From Eledone cirrhosa (lineage: Eukaryota), in assembly GCA_964016885.1 (NCBI GenBank), contig OZ024743.1:62310001-62374000 (forward strand): DNA of 64,000 bases, given 5' to 3'. Positions 12,748-24,825 of the stretch are shown here, piece by piece. Position 1 is the first letter of the stretch, and every line of letters starts with the position of its first letter. The position numbers and the translations under genes are program-made. The notes below the pieces were generated by a model that saw nothing but the letters and a program-made list of their open reading frames with translations, ran no database searches and was not told where the DNA came from.

Positions 12748-14068
12748 GTAAGTATTGATTGATTTTATCTCATCACTCATTATTGTTGTTTGCTGTAGAA
12801 ACATTTGTATGCTGAGGCTTAGTGGTTAGGATGTTTGGCTCCCGATCATAAGATGGCAAGTTCGATACCAAACAGCATCTTGTGTCTTGAGGGAAGACAC
12901 TTTAAATTGTTCAACTCACAATCATAAGGTCATGTGTTCGATTGCCAGTGTCACGTGGTGTTTTTCAGCCAGAGACTCTGTGGTGTTCAACTTATAAGAT
13001 CACGAATTTGATTCTCGGTGGCATGTAGTGTCTTTGAGCAAAACACTTTATTTCACATTGCTATATTCTCTTATATACGCATTGTTATATTCTGTAGAGA
13101 GGGGGGGGGGGGGTCAATCAGACTGATGGGTCAAGGCAGATGCCCCAGTTGCTACATGTTTGGTAGTGATGGTCATTTCAATGCCTTTTGCTCAGAAGTG
13201 AAGGAAAATCAAAACAGAAAGCGAGAGATAAAGTACCAAAGAGTAGCAGAAATAGCAACAACAGCAATCCCGAGATGAATACTGGGTTTTGTTCCTGCTG
13301 CTGCTGATGGTGGTGGTGGTGGTGGTGTGCCTCTGTTGCTGTCGTTTTAAGGTACCACCAGTTTCAGCTCCGAAAAAAAGCCAAAGCAGAAGCAATTACA
13401 AAGGAAATATCGTCAGTACTACCAGTACCATGGGCCAATATGGTAGAGAAACGAAGAGAGACGGAGACTAAGAGCAGTAGTTTCAGTTCATAGTATAGTA
13501 GCAATAGAGAGGAGATGAAGATCGGAGAAAGGTGAGAAACTGTTGGGGGACTGTAAAAATCAAAAGAAAGATAAATAAAAAAAAAAGATAAGTTCCAGTT
13601 AAAGACATAAAGGACTGGGCAAACCATGTCAATTGTCATCGCGCACCTATTCCAACCCCACCCCACCCTACCCTCACTTATTAAATTTTGCTAATCCATC
13701 TCCAGCGAAATGTTATTTTGCGTGGTAGCATTTCTGCGACAATAAATTTTCTTTATACATTAAAAAATATTATACATGAAAAAGTACATTGCAAGAAATC
13801 CCATACGTTATAAAATAAATAGGGTTGTTTGGGGTCTCAACATGTAAACTAAACGGACTAATTCTGCTTTGTTTTTTAAATCAACGGAGGCAACCTAGAA
13901 AAATTACTAATTTTCCAATTACCCCACCGCGCTTACTCCACCTGCAGCCCCTATTATCTGGGGCCCAAGAGAATGGATCAGATAAATAACCCAAAAGAGA
14001 AAATTCGTGTTGACTAATAAAGACATATAAGAGGAATACTTCAAACCTAAAATTGATATTCTGTTCAT

Positions 14069-14250
14069 CAGACCTGCCAACCTAAAAAAAAACATGAAAA
14101 AAGAGTGCCCCAAGACGGGGAGAAATTAGGCAAAATGGGGAGATTTTACATAATGAAAACTATACCCATTTTCACAAGAGAAGACATCTCTCACCCACCC
14201 CAAAGTGGGCAAGAGATCACCCCGTCGGACAGGAAGAGTTGATAGTTCTG
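14069..14250 (+). mobile_element. ~190-bp MITE, TIR CAGACCTG(C/T)CAAC
   Basis: Same family at 17899-18091, 43341-43513, 43891-44082, 45321-45455 (partial) and 61443-61604. Flanks here are GTTCAT/ATTCAT. Confidence 0.8.
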
Positions 14251-14962
14251 ATTCATGGAAACCACATGGAAACTAACAGTCTATCATCTAGAGCTAAGGT
14301 GATATTCAAAAGTTAATTTTAGATTGACCACGGTTTGGCTAAAAACAGTTTCAGAATTTCCACGTTGAAGGGAAAGATTGAAGTGAAGTGTGTTCAGAAA
14401 GGTGAAATAGGTTGGTGGGATTTTCTGAAATATTTAGTGCTGTTTCATACACTTACGTCACACTTCTAAATATCTTTACTATATATATTTATTGAGAACT
14501 CGGTGGTATTATGCTTCAGATGTGTGTGTGTGTGTGTTGCGCCTCCGTCATTTCTAACGACCAGCGTTCCAGTTGTTCGATCAATGGAACTGCCTGCTCG
14601 TGAAATTAACATGCAAGTGACTGAGCATTCCATAAACACATGCACTTATAAAGTAATTCCCAGAAAGATAAATTCAGTTTGACACAGTGTGTGATAAAGC
14701 TGGCTGTTAAAATTTACAGGTACAACACATTTTCTAGTTGAGTGGACTGGAGCAACGTAAAATAAAGTCTTGTTCAGCGAACTCACCATATTACGATTAT
14801 GAGCCGAATACTCTAACCATTAAAGCACGCACCTTTACACTTAGATGTGGCGTGTATGTGTGCAAGTGTACATAAAGTATGTGCTATGTTTTCATTAATG
14901 TATATGTGAAGTATGCGTATTACCCTGACACTAATGTTTTGTTGTATACTTTCCTTTCCTAG

Positions 14963-15085
14963 ATATTGATGAGTGCACCAGTAAAAGTGATGCGTGTACG
15001 CAGAAGTGCACCAATACGAAGGGATCTTTTGTGTGTTCCTGTATCAGAGGATACGAACTTGGAACCGACGATCGATCTTGCTACC
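14963..15085 (+). CDS. MEGF6: MEGF6-like internal exon, cbEGF (DIDECTSKSDACTQKCTNTKGSFVCSCIRGYELGTDDRSCY)
   Basis: Polypyrimidine tract + tAG acceptor, GTAAGT donor at 15086. 123 bp. The GYELG.D...CY ending matches the MEGF6 repeat that precedes the E-I-V-N-S-C repeat. Confidence 0.92.
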
Positions 15086-15834
15086 GTAAGTATCAACAGT
15101 ATTTATAATTATTCATAAATTGTTTATTCATTAATATGACGAGTATACACAGCTGTTTCATGTCGTGAATAAAATGCTAAACAAATGAAATGTATATTTC
15201 AGTGGCAGTGGGCTCACTCACTGATACCATCTCTTTCGAAACAAAATTGACAGATTGAGAAAAGAATTATATACACTTATTAATTTATAATTTTATTCTA
15301 TCATGTTAATATTATATATTCTAGTACTATAAGGGCGTTGTGAAGGCGCGTAGCTTGGACACAAATAAAAAAAATGTACAATATTACGGATTCATTAGAT
15401 GTATTAAAAAAACAAGATCTGTGCAACAAGGGAAATAACTCTAATTTATCTGTGATTATTTTTATTAGAGTAACTTCCCTTGGAATATTTTATAATTTGT
15501 TGCTGTACATAGGCTATCTAATGCATGTGATTGCGAAAAGGGGGACAATAAAAAAAGTATCGTGTGCACAAGGAAATGTGAATCTGTATTTTGTATAACT
15601 TATAGGCTGCTCTCTCGTTGTGACTAGCATGGATAAGTAGTTAGAAAGTTCGATTCGCTATAATTAGGCTCCAGTTTCGATCTCACTGTGTAGCATCTTG
15701 GGAAAGTGTATTTTACCATAGGCTCTGATCCACTTCAGTCATGTGAATGAAATTAAGTAAGCGGAAACTACGTGGAATCCCGCCGGGTGGATTGAACCTG
15801 TATATAAAGGGCTTCAAACTTAGATTAATTATAC

Positions 15835-15972
15835 TGGTGGACAGGAAAGAACTTCGCCACAACCCAAGCCTTCGCCCATGACTGCTAGAGATGGAGGCAG
15901 TTGGTGCAACGTTCAACCCTGCAGTGTCACGACCCAGAAACGGGTTAAGGAACCATGATGATGATGATGATG
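15835..15972 (+). mobile_element. RTE-clade LINE 3' end with (GAT)n tail
   Basis: Reverse complement of the 3' part of 57345-57592. Confidence 0.7.
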
Positions 15973-16662
15973 TATGTGTGGAATACTTAGCCATATACTT
16001 TATAACTCTAGCCCACCTGTTAGATTGGGTTTGTAATTGAAACTGCTTGAATATTATATTTAAAATACAAGTGTATGAAGTGGTTAGGTCGTCGGGCTTA
16101 CAATCGTGAGGACATTAATTCAATTCTTGGGCTGAGCTTTGCGTTGTGTTGTGTTCTTGAACAAGACACTTTATTTTACGTTGCTCTAGATTACTCAGCT
16201 GTAGAAATGAGTTGCAACGTCACCGGTGCCAAGCTGTATCAGCCATTGCCTTTCCCTTGGACAACATCGTTGGCATGGAAAGACAAGGTTGGTATGCATG
16301 AGTGACTGCTGGTTTTCCCCCAAACAACCTTGCTCAGGCTTGTGCCTCGGAGAGGAACTTTCTAGGTTCAAATCCCATGGTCCTTCGTGACCGAAGGGGA
16401 TCTTTACCCTTTATGAAGCATACTTAAGGACTAAAAGTATAATACAAAATTGATTGTACCTATAATTTAAATGCCATACCTTTGTTACACAGATTTGACA
16501 TGGAAATTATGTTAAGAGCAATATGTCTGGGAAATACTTGGCCATTTAGAATTGAAATTAATACGTACGTATTTCAGATGATGAAGCAACTGAATGCTCA
16601 TGGCCGAAATCGATGGAGAATCCATAGATATATCAGATGAAATCTGTGTTTTATTTAAGGAG

Positions 16663-16985
16663 TGAAGGCGCGTGACTTAGTGGTTAGGTTGTTCCACACA
16701 TGATCGTAAGTTCGATTCCTGGTAATACATACGTTCTGTCCTTGGGAGAGACACTTATTTCACATTGCTCTAGTTCACTCAGCTGGCAAAAATGAGTTGT
16801 ACTTGTAATACAAAGAACCCACCATGTCACACACTATGCCATAATTAATTGTCTTTGGAACAACGTTAATGGTACACGTGTCTGTGGAATGCTCCTCCGC
16901 TACTTGCACGTTTATTTCATGAGCAGGGTGTGCTGTTTTTCGAACAACTGAAATACTCGTCGTCGTAACAGACGAAGGTCCAACA
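16663..16985 (+). mobile_element. tRNA-derived CORE-type SINE family B, near full length
   Basis: Head GAAGGCGCGTGACTTAGTGGTTAGG...GTTCGATTCC, body ACACTTATTTCACATTGCTCTAGTTCACTCAGCTGGC, end GTCGTCGTAACAGACGAAGG. Other copies near 860-1155(-), 14540-14840(-), 17565-17712(-), 25929-26240(+), 30500-30990(-), 47100-47360(-), 48543-48780(+). Head-sharing relatives at 16075-16412, 46600-46890, 47385-47665, 53745-54075. Confidence 0.85.
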
Positions 16986-17266
16986 AGACTGCTCCCTAAG
17001 TCGGGTTTCTCTCATTGCTGCATACATGGTCGATGTCTTACCTTGATGTTAGCTGTAGCACACAAAGTGACTTGTATGAATATTTATATACGGAAAGGCA
17101 GTGAACTGACAGAGTCATTAGAGCATCGGAGAGAATGTCTTGCAGCATATATTTCATCTCTGTGCCCTAGGATCAACTTTGTTTCTTATTTGTTCGGGAT
17201 CGATAAACAAAATACCAGTCTAGTACTGTGATCGATTCTTTTCTTCTCTCTCTCTCTCTCTCTCTC

Positions 17267-17304
<38 letters not shown>

Positions 17305-17308
<4 letters not shown>

Positions 17309-17500
17309 GAGAAAGTATGACCCCGACGGCAGAGTTCAAGCCGTTTCGACGGCTATTTCTGTCCAGAAATAGCCGTCGAAACGGTTTGAGCTCTGCCGTC
17401 GGGGTCATACTTTCTTCTATTACCCACTCTACTACCCTAAGTATTGAGTACTCTGGTGCGTTATGGTCCATCTGGTTCCTTACCACAACTCCTCCGTTAT
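17305..17500. mobile_element. PLE-type palindrome (17305-17420) plus tail next to (TA)n
   Basis: Arms of ~56 bp around a GTCC spacer. Tail 17421-17500 matches 5925-6008. Confidence 0.65.
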
Positions 17501-17898
17501 ATATTGGGATAGTAACGACTAAGTGGCTGAGCATTTTACAGAATTATGTGTCCTTAATTTAGTACTCGTGTACAACTGATATTTTTCCAGTCAAGTTGAT
17601 TAGACCACGTAAAATAAAGTGTCTTGCTGTAGAACACCGTACGCCGCCAAGAATCGAACTCCAGACCATACGAGTGTGAAGCGAACACCCTAACCACTAA
17701 GCCACATACATTCACACTTAATATAGATGAATACACAATCAGGCTTACACATATACGCACTCACAATATATTGTAATATATACTTATATTCAAGTATGTA
17801 TATACTGTAGGTATAGAGTATATACATAACATGTGTGTTTCCGTAGGAAATGCATATACGCAGGCAGAAACTGTGTGGAAGCACATCGGATGGAGTAT

Positions 17899-18091
17899 CA
17901 GACCTGTCAACTTTCCCCGTCGGATGGGGAGATCTCCACCCTCTCCCCCACTTTGGAGTGGGTGAGAGATGTCTTCACGTGTGAAAATGGGTATAGCTCT
18001 CATTATGTAAAATCTCCCCATTTTGCCTAATTTTGGGGGTCACTTTTTTCATGGTACTCCCCGTTTGGGTTTTTAGAGGTTGGCAGGTCTG
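17899..18091 (-). mobile_element. ~190-bp MITE with perfect 6-bp target duplication GAGTAT
   Basis: TIRs CAGACCTGTCAAC / GTTGGCAGGTCTG. GAGTAT at 17893-17898 and 18092-18097. Confidence 0.85.
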
Positions 18092-18569
18092 GAGTATACT
18101 CATAATGCAAAGATCCATTTGTATCACTGTCACCCTCATTCGGCTTGGGGCTTACGTCAAGGTTCCACATGTCTATGGAATACTCAGCCACTTGCACATT
18201 AATTAACGAGTGTCGATGCTGGCATTGGGTCGTAGGTTCGATACCGCAGCGTGGCATCTTGGGCAAGTATCATTTACTCTATGTGGGTAAAATTGGGTAG
18301 ACGGAAACTGGTTAGAGCAATTTTTCACGTTGAATCTCCCTGAGATTATACGTGTGTTCGGATTGTTAAGCGACTTGTACGTAAATTTCTCAAGTAGGTT
18401 GTCTCACCTTATAAACAATGAAGGTTCTGTCTGAGGCAGATACCTGTCTCTTTAAGCCATTACACATTAAACAGCCCAGGTACTATTCCTGGTCGTCATA
18501 GCTGTTACACTCAATGATCTCGGAAAGTGTATGAATGCCAGAATTCATAATCAACACACACACACACTC

Positions 18570-18659
<90 letters not shown>

Positions 18660-18699
18660 GCATATATATATATACATGCATATATATATACGTACATGC

Positions 18700-18766
<67 letters not shown>

Positions 18767-18769
<3 letters not shown>

Positions 18770-19195
18770 AGGATAAAAAGGACGATTGATTACTCCTTCG
18801 TTGCATTTATTGATAGGTGACGCGCGTTTCGCCACTGATCAGCTCAAGGTTCGATCTATATCGATCCTACCCGACTCAATAATCCGCAGCTCGACGGACC
18901 TTCTTAAAATGCTATATAGCATTTTAAGGTCCGTCGATGCTATATAGCATTTTAAGAAGGTCCGTCGAGCTGCGGATTATTGAGTCGGGTAGGATCGATA
19001 TAGATCGAACCTTAAGCTGATCAGTGGCGAAACGCGCGTCACCTATCAATAAATGCAATGAAGGAATAATTAATCGTCCTTTTTATCCTTTCTATATATT
19101 ACACTCTGTATAGCTCTACACCTCATCACAGAAGTGAACCTAAACATCGAGTGCTCTCACGCGTGAACCTGCAGTAACTCCTAGTTACACTCCCT

Positions 19196-19198
<3 letters not shown>
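18767..19198. mobile_element. Head-to-head PLE-type palindrome with tail and hammerhead-like motif
   Basis: Arms ~18767-18915 and ~18943-19092, short duplicated junction sequence, tail 19100-19198. AGGT-CCGTCGA-GCTGC...GTGGC-GAAACGCGCGTC-ACCT. Confidence 0.75.
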
Positions 19199-19256
<58 letters not shown>

Positions 19257-19297
19257 CGAAACATAAGTCAATTGCATGAACTCATAATCCTTTATTT

Positions 19298-19353
19298 ACT
19301 GCTATATATATTTCGATGATAGCCATTGAATGGCTATGACCTCATCAGGCAGT
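19298..19353 (-). ncRNA. Minimal type I hammerhead ribozyme inside a PLE fragment (19252-19416)
   Basis: Minus strand reads ACTGC-CTGATGA-GGTCATAGCCATTCAATGGCTATCATC-GAAA-TATATATA-GCAGT-AAATAAA: canonical core and all three stems. Confidence 0.8.
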
Positions 19354-19416
19354 TAGTCAGTTCTTAGATATGCCAGCTCTGTGTGTATAGTGTTGATGGT
19401 ATCAGAGCCTTGGGAC

Positions 19417-19475
<59 letters not shown>

Positions 19476-20913
19476 TGTGTGTGTGTGTTGATTATGAATT
19501 CTGGCATTCATACACTTTCCGAGATCATTGAGTGTAACAGCTATGACGACCAGGAATAGTACCTGGGCTGTTTAATGTGTAATGGCTTAAAGAGACAGGT
19601 ATCTGCCTCAGACAGAACCTTCATTGTTTATAAGGTGAGACAACCTACTTGAGAAATTTACGTACAAGTCGCTTAACAATCCGAACACATATATATATAT
19701 ATATGCAATACACATACATATATATATATTTACATAATTTGCATATTGCCTGACATGTATATGCAAATATATGACAAAACCTCTCCTATTTTCTTCCACA
19801 TGACATTAATAATGCATGGTTTTTATGAGGACCGGAAACCTGTTTAACGTAACAATAACACAGGCCCCTCTGTCCCACTCCATCTTTCTGCCTGAGTATA
19901 GTCATTTACCCCTTTCTCAGACACACATATACCTTGATCATCCTCTACCCACCACCCAACCACCCACTTCTCACCAATATCCTCAATATACCCTTTTCCT
20001 GCTTCCCTTTTCTATTTTCTAGCATAAGAAACATTTCTTTTTTTACCTTTGTTATTCTCTGGTCCACTATCGAATGCGTTTATTCCCACGATTTACATAC
20101 ATACATACATATATACATACATACATACATACATACAGTCAGACAGACAGACATATCTGACGGATCCTCCATCGGTTTCGACGATGAACCTCTAGTAATT
20201 CGATCAACTGAACGTCTAATTCGTTAATTGGAATTTGGAGTAGACAATTATCGGTTCCGCGTGTGAGAAAGTCTATTTTCTGATCACCTTCTGTATGGAG
20301 GCCTCGGAACTGGGACTGATGATGTGAAATTTTGCTCTGGGGCTGTGATATATGCAACGATTTCTAGACGTGAGCTGGTGTAGTCATTTTATTTTATTAT
20401 TTGACATGTCTTTCTTCGGTCTTAGTCAAATTTAGACCAAGGTTGGACGTCGGGCACCTTGAATGTTGTCAAGTGCTCAATGTTCCTCTACTGACTGGAC
20501 AATGTGGTCGATACAACTTCAACTCTTATGTTATAGAAGATAAGTAGTGGTCATAAGCAACGATAATAAAAGTTTTTCTGGGCGCCGGTGGTACAAAAAA
20601 GGAAGTATGATGGACACTACCGTAAGAACTGCCTGTGATTCTCAAACGGGAGACTCTTGACTCTCATAGAAGGAATTTCAAATCCCAGGGGAAGAATTTT
20701 AACCAAGGGAGGAATTAGGGAGGAATGTTAGTCAGGGAAAGAATCCAAACTGGAGAAAAATAATGTACCTAGTGTATATATTAAATGAAATATCTATATA
20801 CCCAAATACAAGAACAATCATAAATTAAAAGTTCACCAAAAAGTAAGTGCTACTTCACACTTAATCCTGTTATTCTGGTTTTAAAAGCTTACTCGAGTGA
20901 AAACGTACTAAAT

Positions 20914-21070
20914 CAGCGGTCACCAGCCAGTGGTTCACGAGCAAATGTTGGTAGTCCGCAGAGAAATTTTAATGTATTTATCTTTTTTTTTAAATGTCAT
21001 ATTAGTGGTCCGCGGGATTTAAAATTATGAATTTAGTGGTCTGTGTGGTCCGAAAGGTTGGCAACCGCTG
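20914..21070. mobile_element. hAT-type MITE
   Basis: TIRs CAGCGGTCACCA / TTGGCAACCGCTG with 8-bp TSD TACTAAAT/TTCTAAAT. Confidence 0.8.
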
Positions 21071-23577
21071 TTCTAAATGACAATTCAAAATGGTAAGGAA
21101 TTGAGGAAATTCGGGATTGCAAGGGGAGGAATGTGACCTCGGTCACTAAGAATCACTGAGCTGAGCACTCGTCAACTTCTAAATTGAAGAGGAATGTGAT
21201 GATGAAGATGCCGATGCTCTCCTTGGGTAATGTTTCTGAAAGGTGTGTGGGAGTGACGAGTATGGCTTAGGTAAATGTGCCTGCTTTGAATATGGGCCTG
21301 TAGGTTATGCCTGGAGTTTAGTGAAGGGTATTAGCCGTTGGTACGACTGAATATGACACGACTGGGCTGTAAAACATTTTTAAACAAGCTTTTCAGAAAT
21401 ACGCCGTATCCTATTTCATTTCCATCTCATTGACTACAATAAAAGATGGTGTTACGCAGCAAAAGTGGCGGCGGCGGTGGTAGTAGTGGTGGCAATGACG
21501 GAGGTGTTGATGGTGGCGGTTATTTTTTACAAAAGACATTGTGGTATGTAATAACTGATAGATTGCCATAGGGGAGTGACACAATGAGACAAAGCTTTCA
21601 CAGTCAAATGAATGTTTGTGTTCGGCAGACGATAATAACAAACAAACCAAAATAAAAATAACAAAATAATCAAAGTCTTTGACCCAGAAATAATATATAT
21701 CAAAGAAATGAGATAGATTTGTTTTAGTGTATAAAACAGACAAACAAAACCCTTTACTTTAAACAATTTTATTGCAAACATTTAGAAATGATCGTCGTGA
21801 AGCTTTAATCCATCTAACTCTTTAGAACAAAATGGCTTTTCTCAGAAACGATTTTTTTTTCTGTTTCTTCCTTTGGCTGTCAACTATTTACTACTTCTCT
21901 TCCATAACAACCCTAAATCACTGTTCTTTTATCTATATTTCTCACGAGAGTTTTCTTTAGAAGAATCAATTGTAGCTACCTAGTACATACATACGTGTGT
22001 GTGTATATATATGTGTGTGTGTGTGTGTGTGGTTCTGAGTGTGTACAGAGACAGACAATGTATACGTGCATATTACGGACATGTGTGTACGTGTTTGTGT
22101 TCAAAAAGGGAAAATATATAGAAATGTCACATTTGAATTATCAAAGCTAAATGTTGATAAGAAATATTGCTTTTGGTGGTGCTGTAAAAATTTAGTGTAA
22201 GAGAAAATAGTTTCTATTAGTTTCTTGAGAGAACTTCAGTACAGCAACTTGCTTTCTTCTCACTTATTCCGCACCCATGGCCAGTACAGTCTTTTTGCTA
22301 ACTAGGCAGAAACCTAGGGTACAGACCTCAAAGGAGCGCATTTTTTGAAGATTAAAGTATCAGAACTTTATAAAAATCTGTATAATATAAGGACAAGTGT
22401 TTCAATATGTCTCAGTCACAATAATGCCTCCCTCATCAGAGAATGTCACAATAATGCCTCCCTCATCAGAGAATGTCACAATAATATCTCATCCTGCGAT
22501 TAATATATAAATCATATTTTAGAGAATAGGGTGAATATGGGAAAAAGTTGTAGGGCTATCTTAGGGCGCTAAGCATCGGTATGCCGGCCCTGTTCACACC
22601 TTAAATCATATTACCTTCCTTTTTTACTAGATGTGATACAAGCCAATGGGGGAGCTTGGGATTCTTTGACCATATGTCTACTTAGTCATGGTTTCCCTGT
22701 GGCTAGATAACAACAGCTAAATGCATTAGTACCAATAGTGGGTAGGTGGCTGACTGTGCGTGATTGTTAGAACTGTTAGAAATAGCTGTCATATTTCGTG
22801 CAAATGAGGAAAGAAATGATATATTATTTAATAAAATCCTACCTACTTCTAAAACAGCATGATGATCATGGATGCAATGCCTGTGGTCATAAGCCTGGCC
22901 GATTGGAGCTGATTTGTGGCTAAATAACAATAATTAGATGTGTTAGAAGCTGTGGACTAAATCTTTCTCAATAACGATATAGTTATGGGATGAGGAAAAT
23001 TGCTTCGCAACTGTTTAGCTTCAGGTTCAATCCCACTGCGCGGCAACCAGGCACATGTTTTCTACTGTAATGGAAAGTTTGTTGGCGGAAACTGTGGAGC
23101 CCATCAGAGAGACTGTTTGAGATATTGGATGGTCGACATAATATGTCGCTTGGTTTGATACCCCACCACCCCACTACCACTACCACCACAGCTCTTAGGT
23201 ACTTTTATTGCAAGTATTTGGGGCAGCTGTCCTGTCTGGATAATGTCAGAAGCACTGAAAGTGTGCTCATCTGATTAAGCCAATAAAAAAAAGAAAAATG
23301 ACATTTTGCCGTCTTTAAAGTGGACAGATATTGTATTTGGGATACTCAAAGCTAGAACATTTCTAATCATTGGTCAGATTTTTGAGGGTTGACGTAGTGA
23401 TAAGCTTCTGCTGCTACTACAGTCAACATGTGAATCTGTATGAGGTTACTCAATTTGCTAGAAATAGTAACCAAATCCACTCCAACGTCTTTTTGAAAAA
23501 GAATAATGGGACACATTGATTAATGACGTTCTACATAGGGCTGCCTAAAGATTCTAGCAGAGAGGGACAAATACAGA

Positions 23578-23701
<124 letters not shown>

Positions 23702-24431
23702 GGAGGGTAGCTACTCCAGAACAAACAAAGGGTTGCATTGTGTCTTTACACAAGTTGACAGGAAAATACAAGAGCCAGAAAAAGGGCAAATGACACTCGA
23801 AATATTAGAATAAATATGTCCTTATCCACTTTTGTTCTCTATCCTCCTTAAACCTAACACAAATATTGTTTAAGCTTCTAGAAATAGATAAACAATTCAT
23901 TAATTCTTTTTTCCTCTTTAAATAAATCTGTATATAGATAGACAAACAGACGTTGATTGTAAAAAAGTAGAAGGTAGACTTGGCATTCCATTGATGTCAC
24001 ACTCTGAAAGCTATTGTACAAAGCTTCTCGCCGCCGCCTCATTGCAACTGTTCCCTTATCATTGTCGTCTTCCCCACCTCCATTTTCTTTGTATTATTAT
24101 ATTCCTCCCCTTTCCCTTTTTTTTTTTTTCTTATACTTGTTCTTCTCTTCCTTCGCTTACCTTTTTCTCTTTTTCATTGTCTCCTTCCTTTTCTTCTCTT
24201 TCTTTACTAATTATTATTCAATAGTTATGTTAGAGTTTATTTAATATAAGGAACACTGAAGGGATTTAGTGAATATTATTGGACCCCAGTACATTTTTTT
24301 TTTCCAAATCGATTTCTTTTTCTCGAACTACTATGTGTACAGAGCATAAACACGAGCATAAACACAAACATTAACACACACACACACACACTACACACAA
24401 GTACATATATATATACTGTATATATATATAT

Positions 24432-24622
24432 AGGTAGAACACTGGAAGGTAATATCCGTAGTGGTAGAGCACTCAATCCATGGGACGAGTTAGGTAGAAT
24501 TGGAAACAACAGTTAGTTCACCATACCGAGAACAATTGTTTCATATTAGCGGATCCTCAGCTGAGGATCCGCTAAGGTGAAACAATTGTTCTCGGTATGG
24601 TGAACTAACTGTTGTGTTTCCA

Positions 24623-24625
<3 letters not shown>
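24432..24625. mobile_element. PLE-type palindrome (24502-24622) with tail on the left, in (TA)n
   Basis: Axis TCCTCAG|CTGAGGA at 24560/24561. Right arm continues TCCGCTAAGGT-GAAACAATTGTT. Confidence 0.7.
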
Positions 24626-24701
<76 letters not shown>

Positions 24702-24825
24702 ACATACGTAATCACATTGTTCAACTGGAAGCTATAGCAGGAGACTGCAGTGGGACTGAACCAGAAACTTTATAAATGCAAACGACCTCCTTAACCACAC
24801 AGCTATGTGTGCGCCTAAATATATA

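Larger units (their letters stand above)
18353..19689. repeat. Inverted duplication of 218 bp (18353-18570 vs 19472-19689) enclosing (TA)n tracts and two PLE fragments
   Basis: The arms read as exact reverse complements. The left arm begins inside a decayed family B SINE. Confidence 0.9.

Noticed and set aside
16663-16725. tRNA-like A and B boxes here and at many other sites
   Set aside because: They are SINE heads continuing into SINE bodies; no complete cloverleaf is present.
20611-20625. 15-nt match TGGACACTACCGTAA shared with the PLE tail at ~38629
   Set aside because: It is an isolated match with no extension, and about one such match is expected by chance in a 64-kb self-comparison.
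22415-22490. 30-bp tandem repeat containing CTGATGAG on the minus strand (possible hammerhead or CRISPR-like array)
   Set aside because: There is no GAAA box or stems and no spacers. It is a local duplication within a dispersed repeat also present at ~30040-30115.
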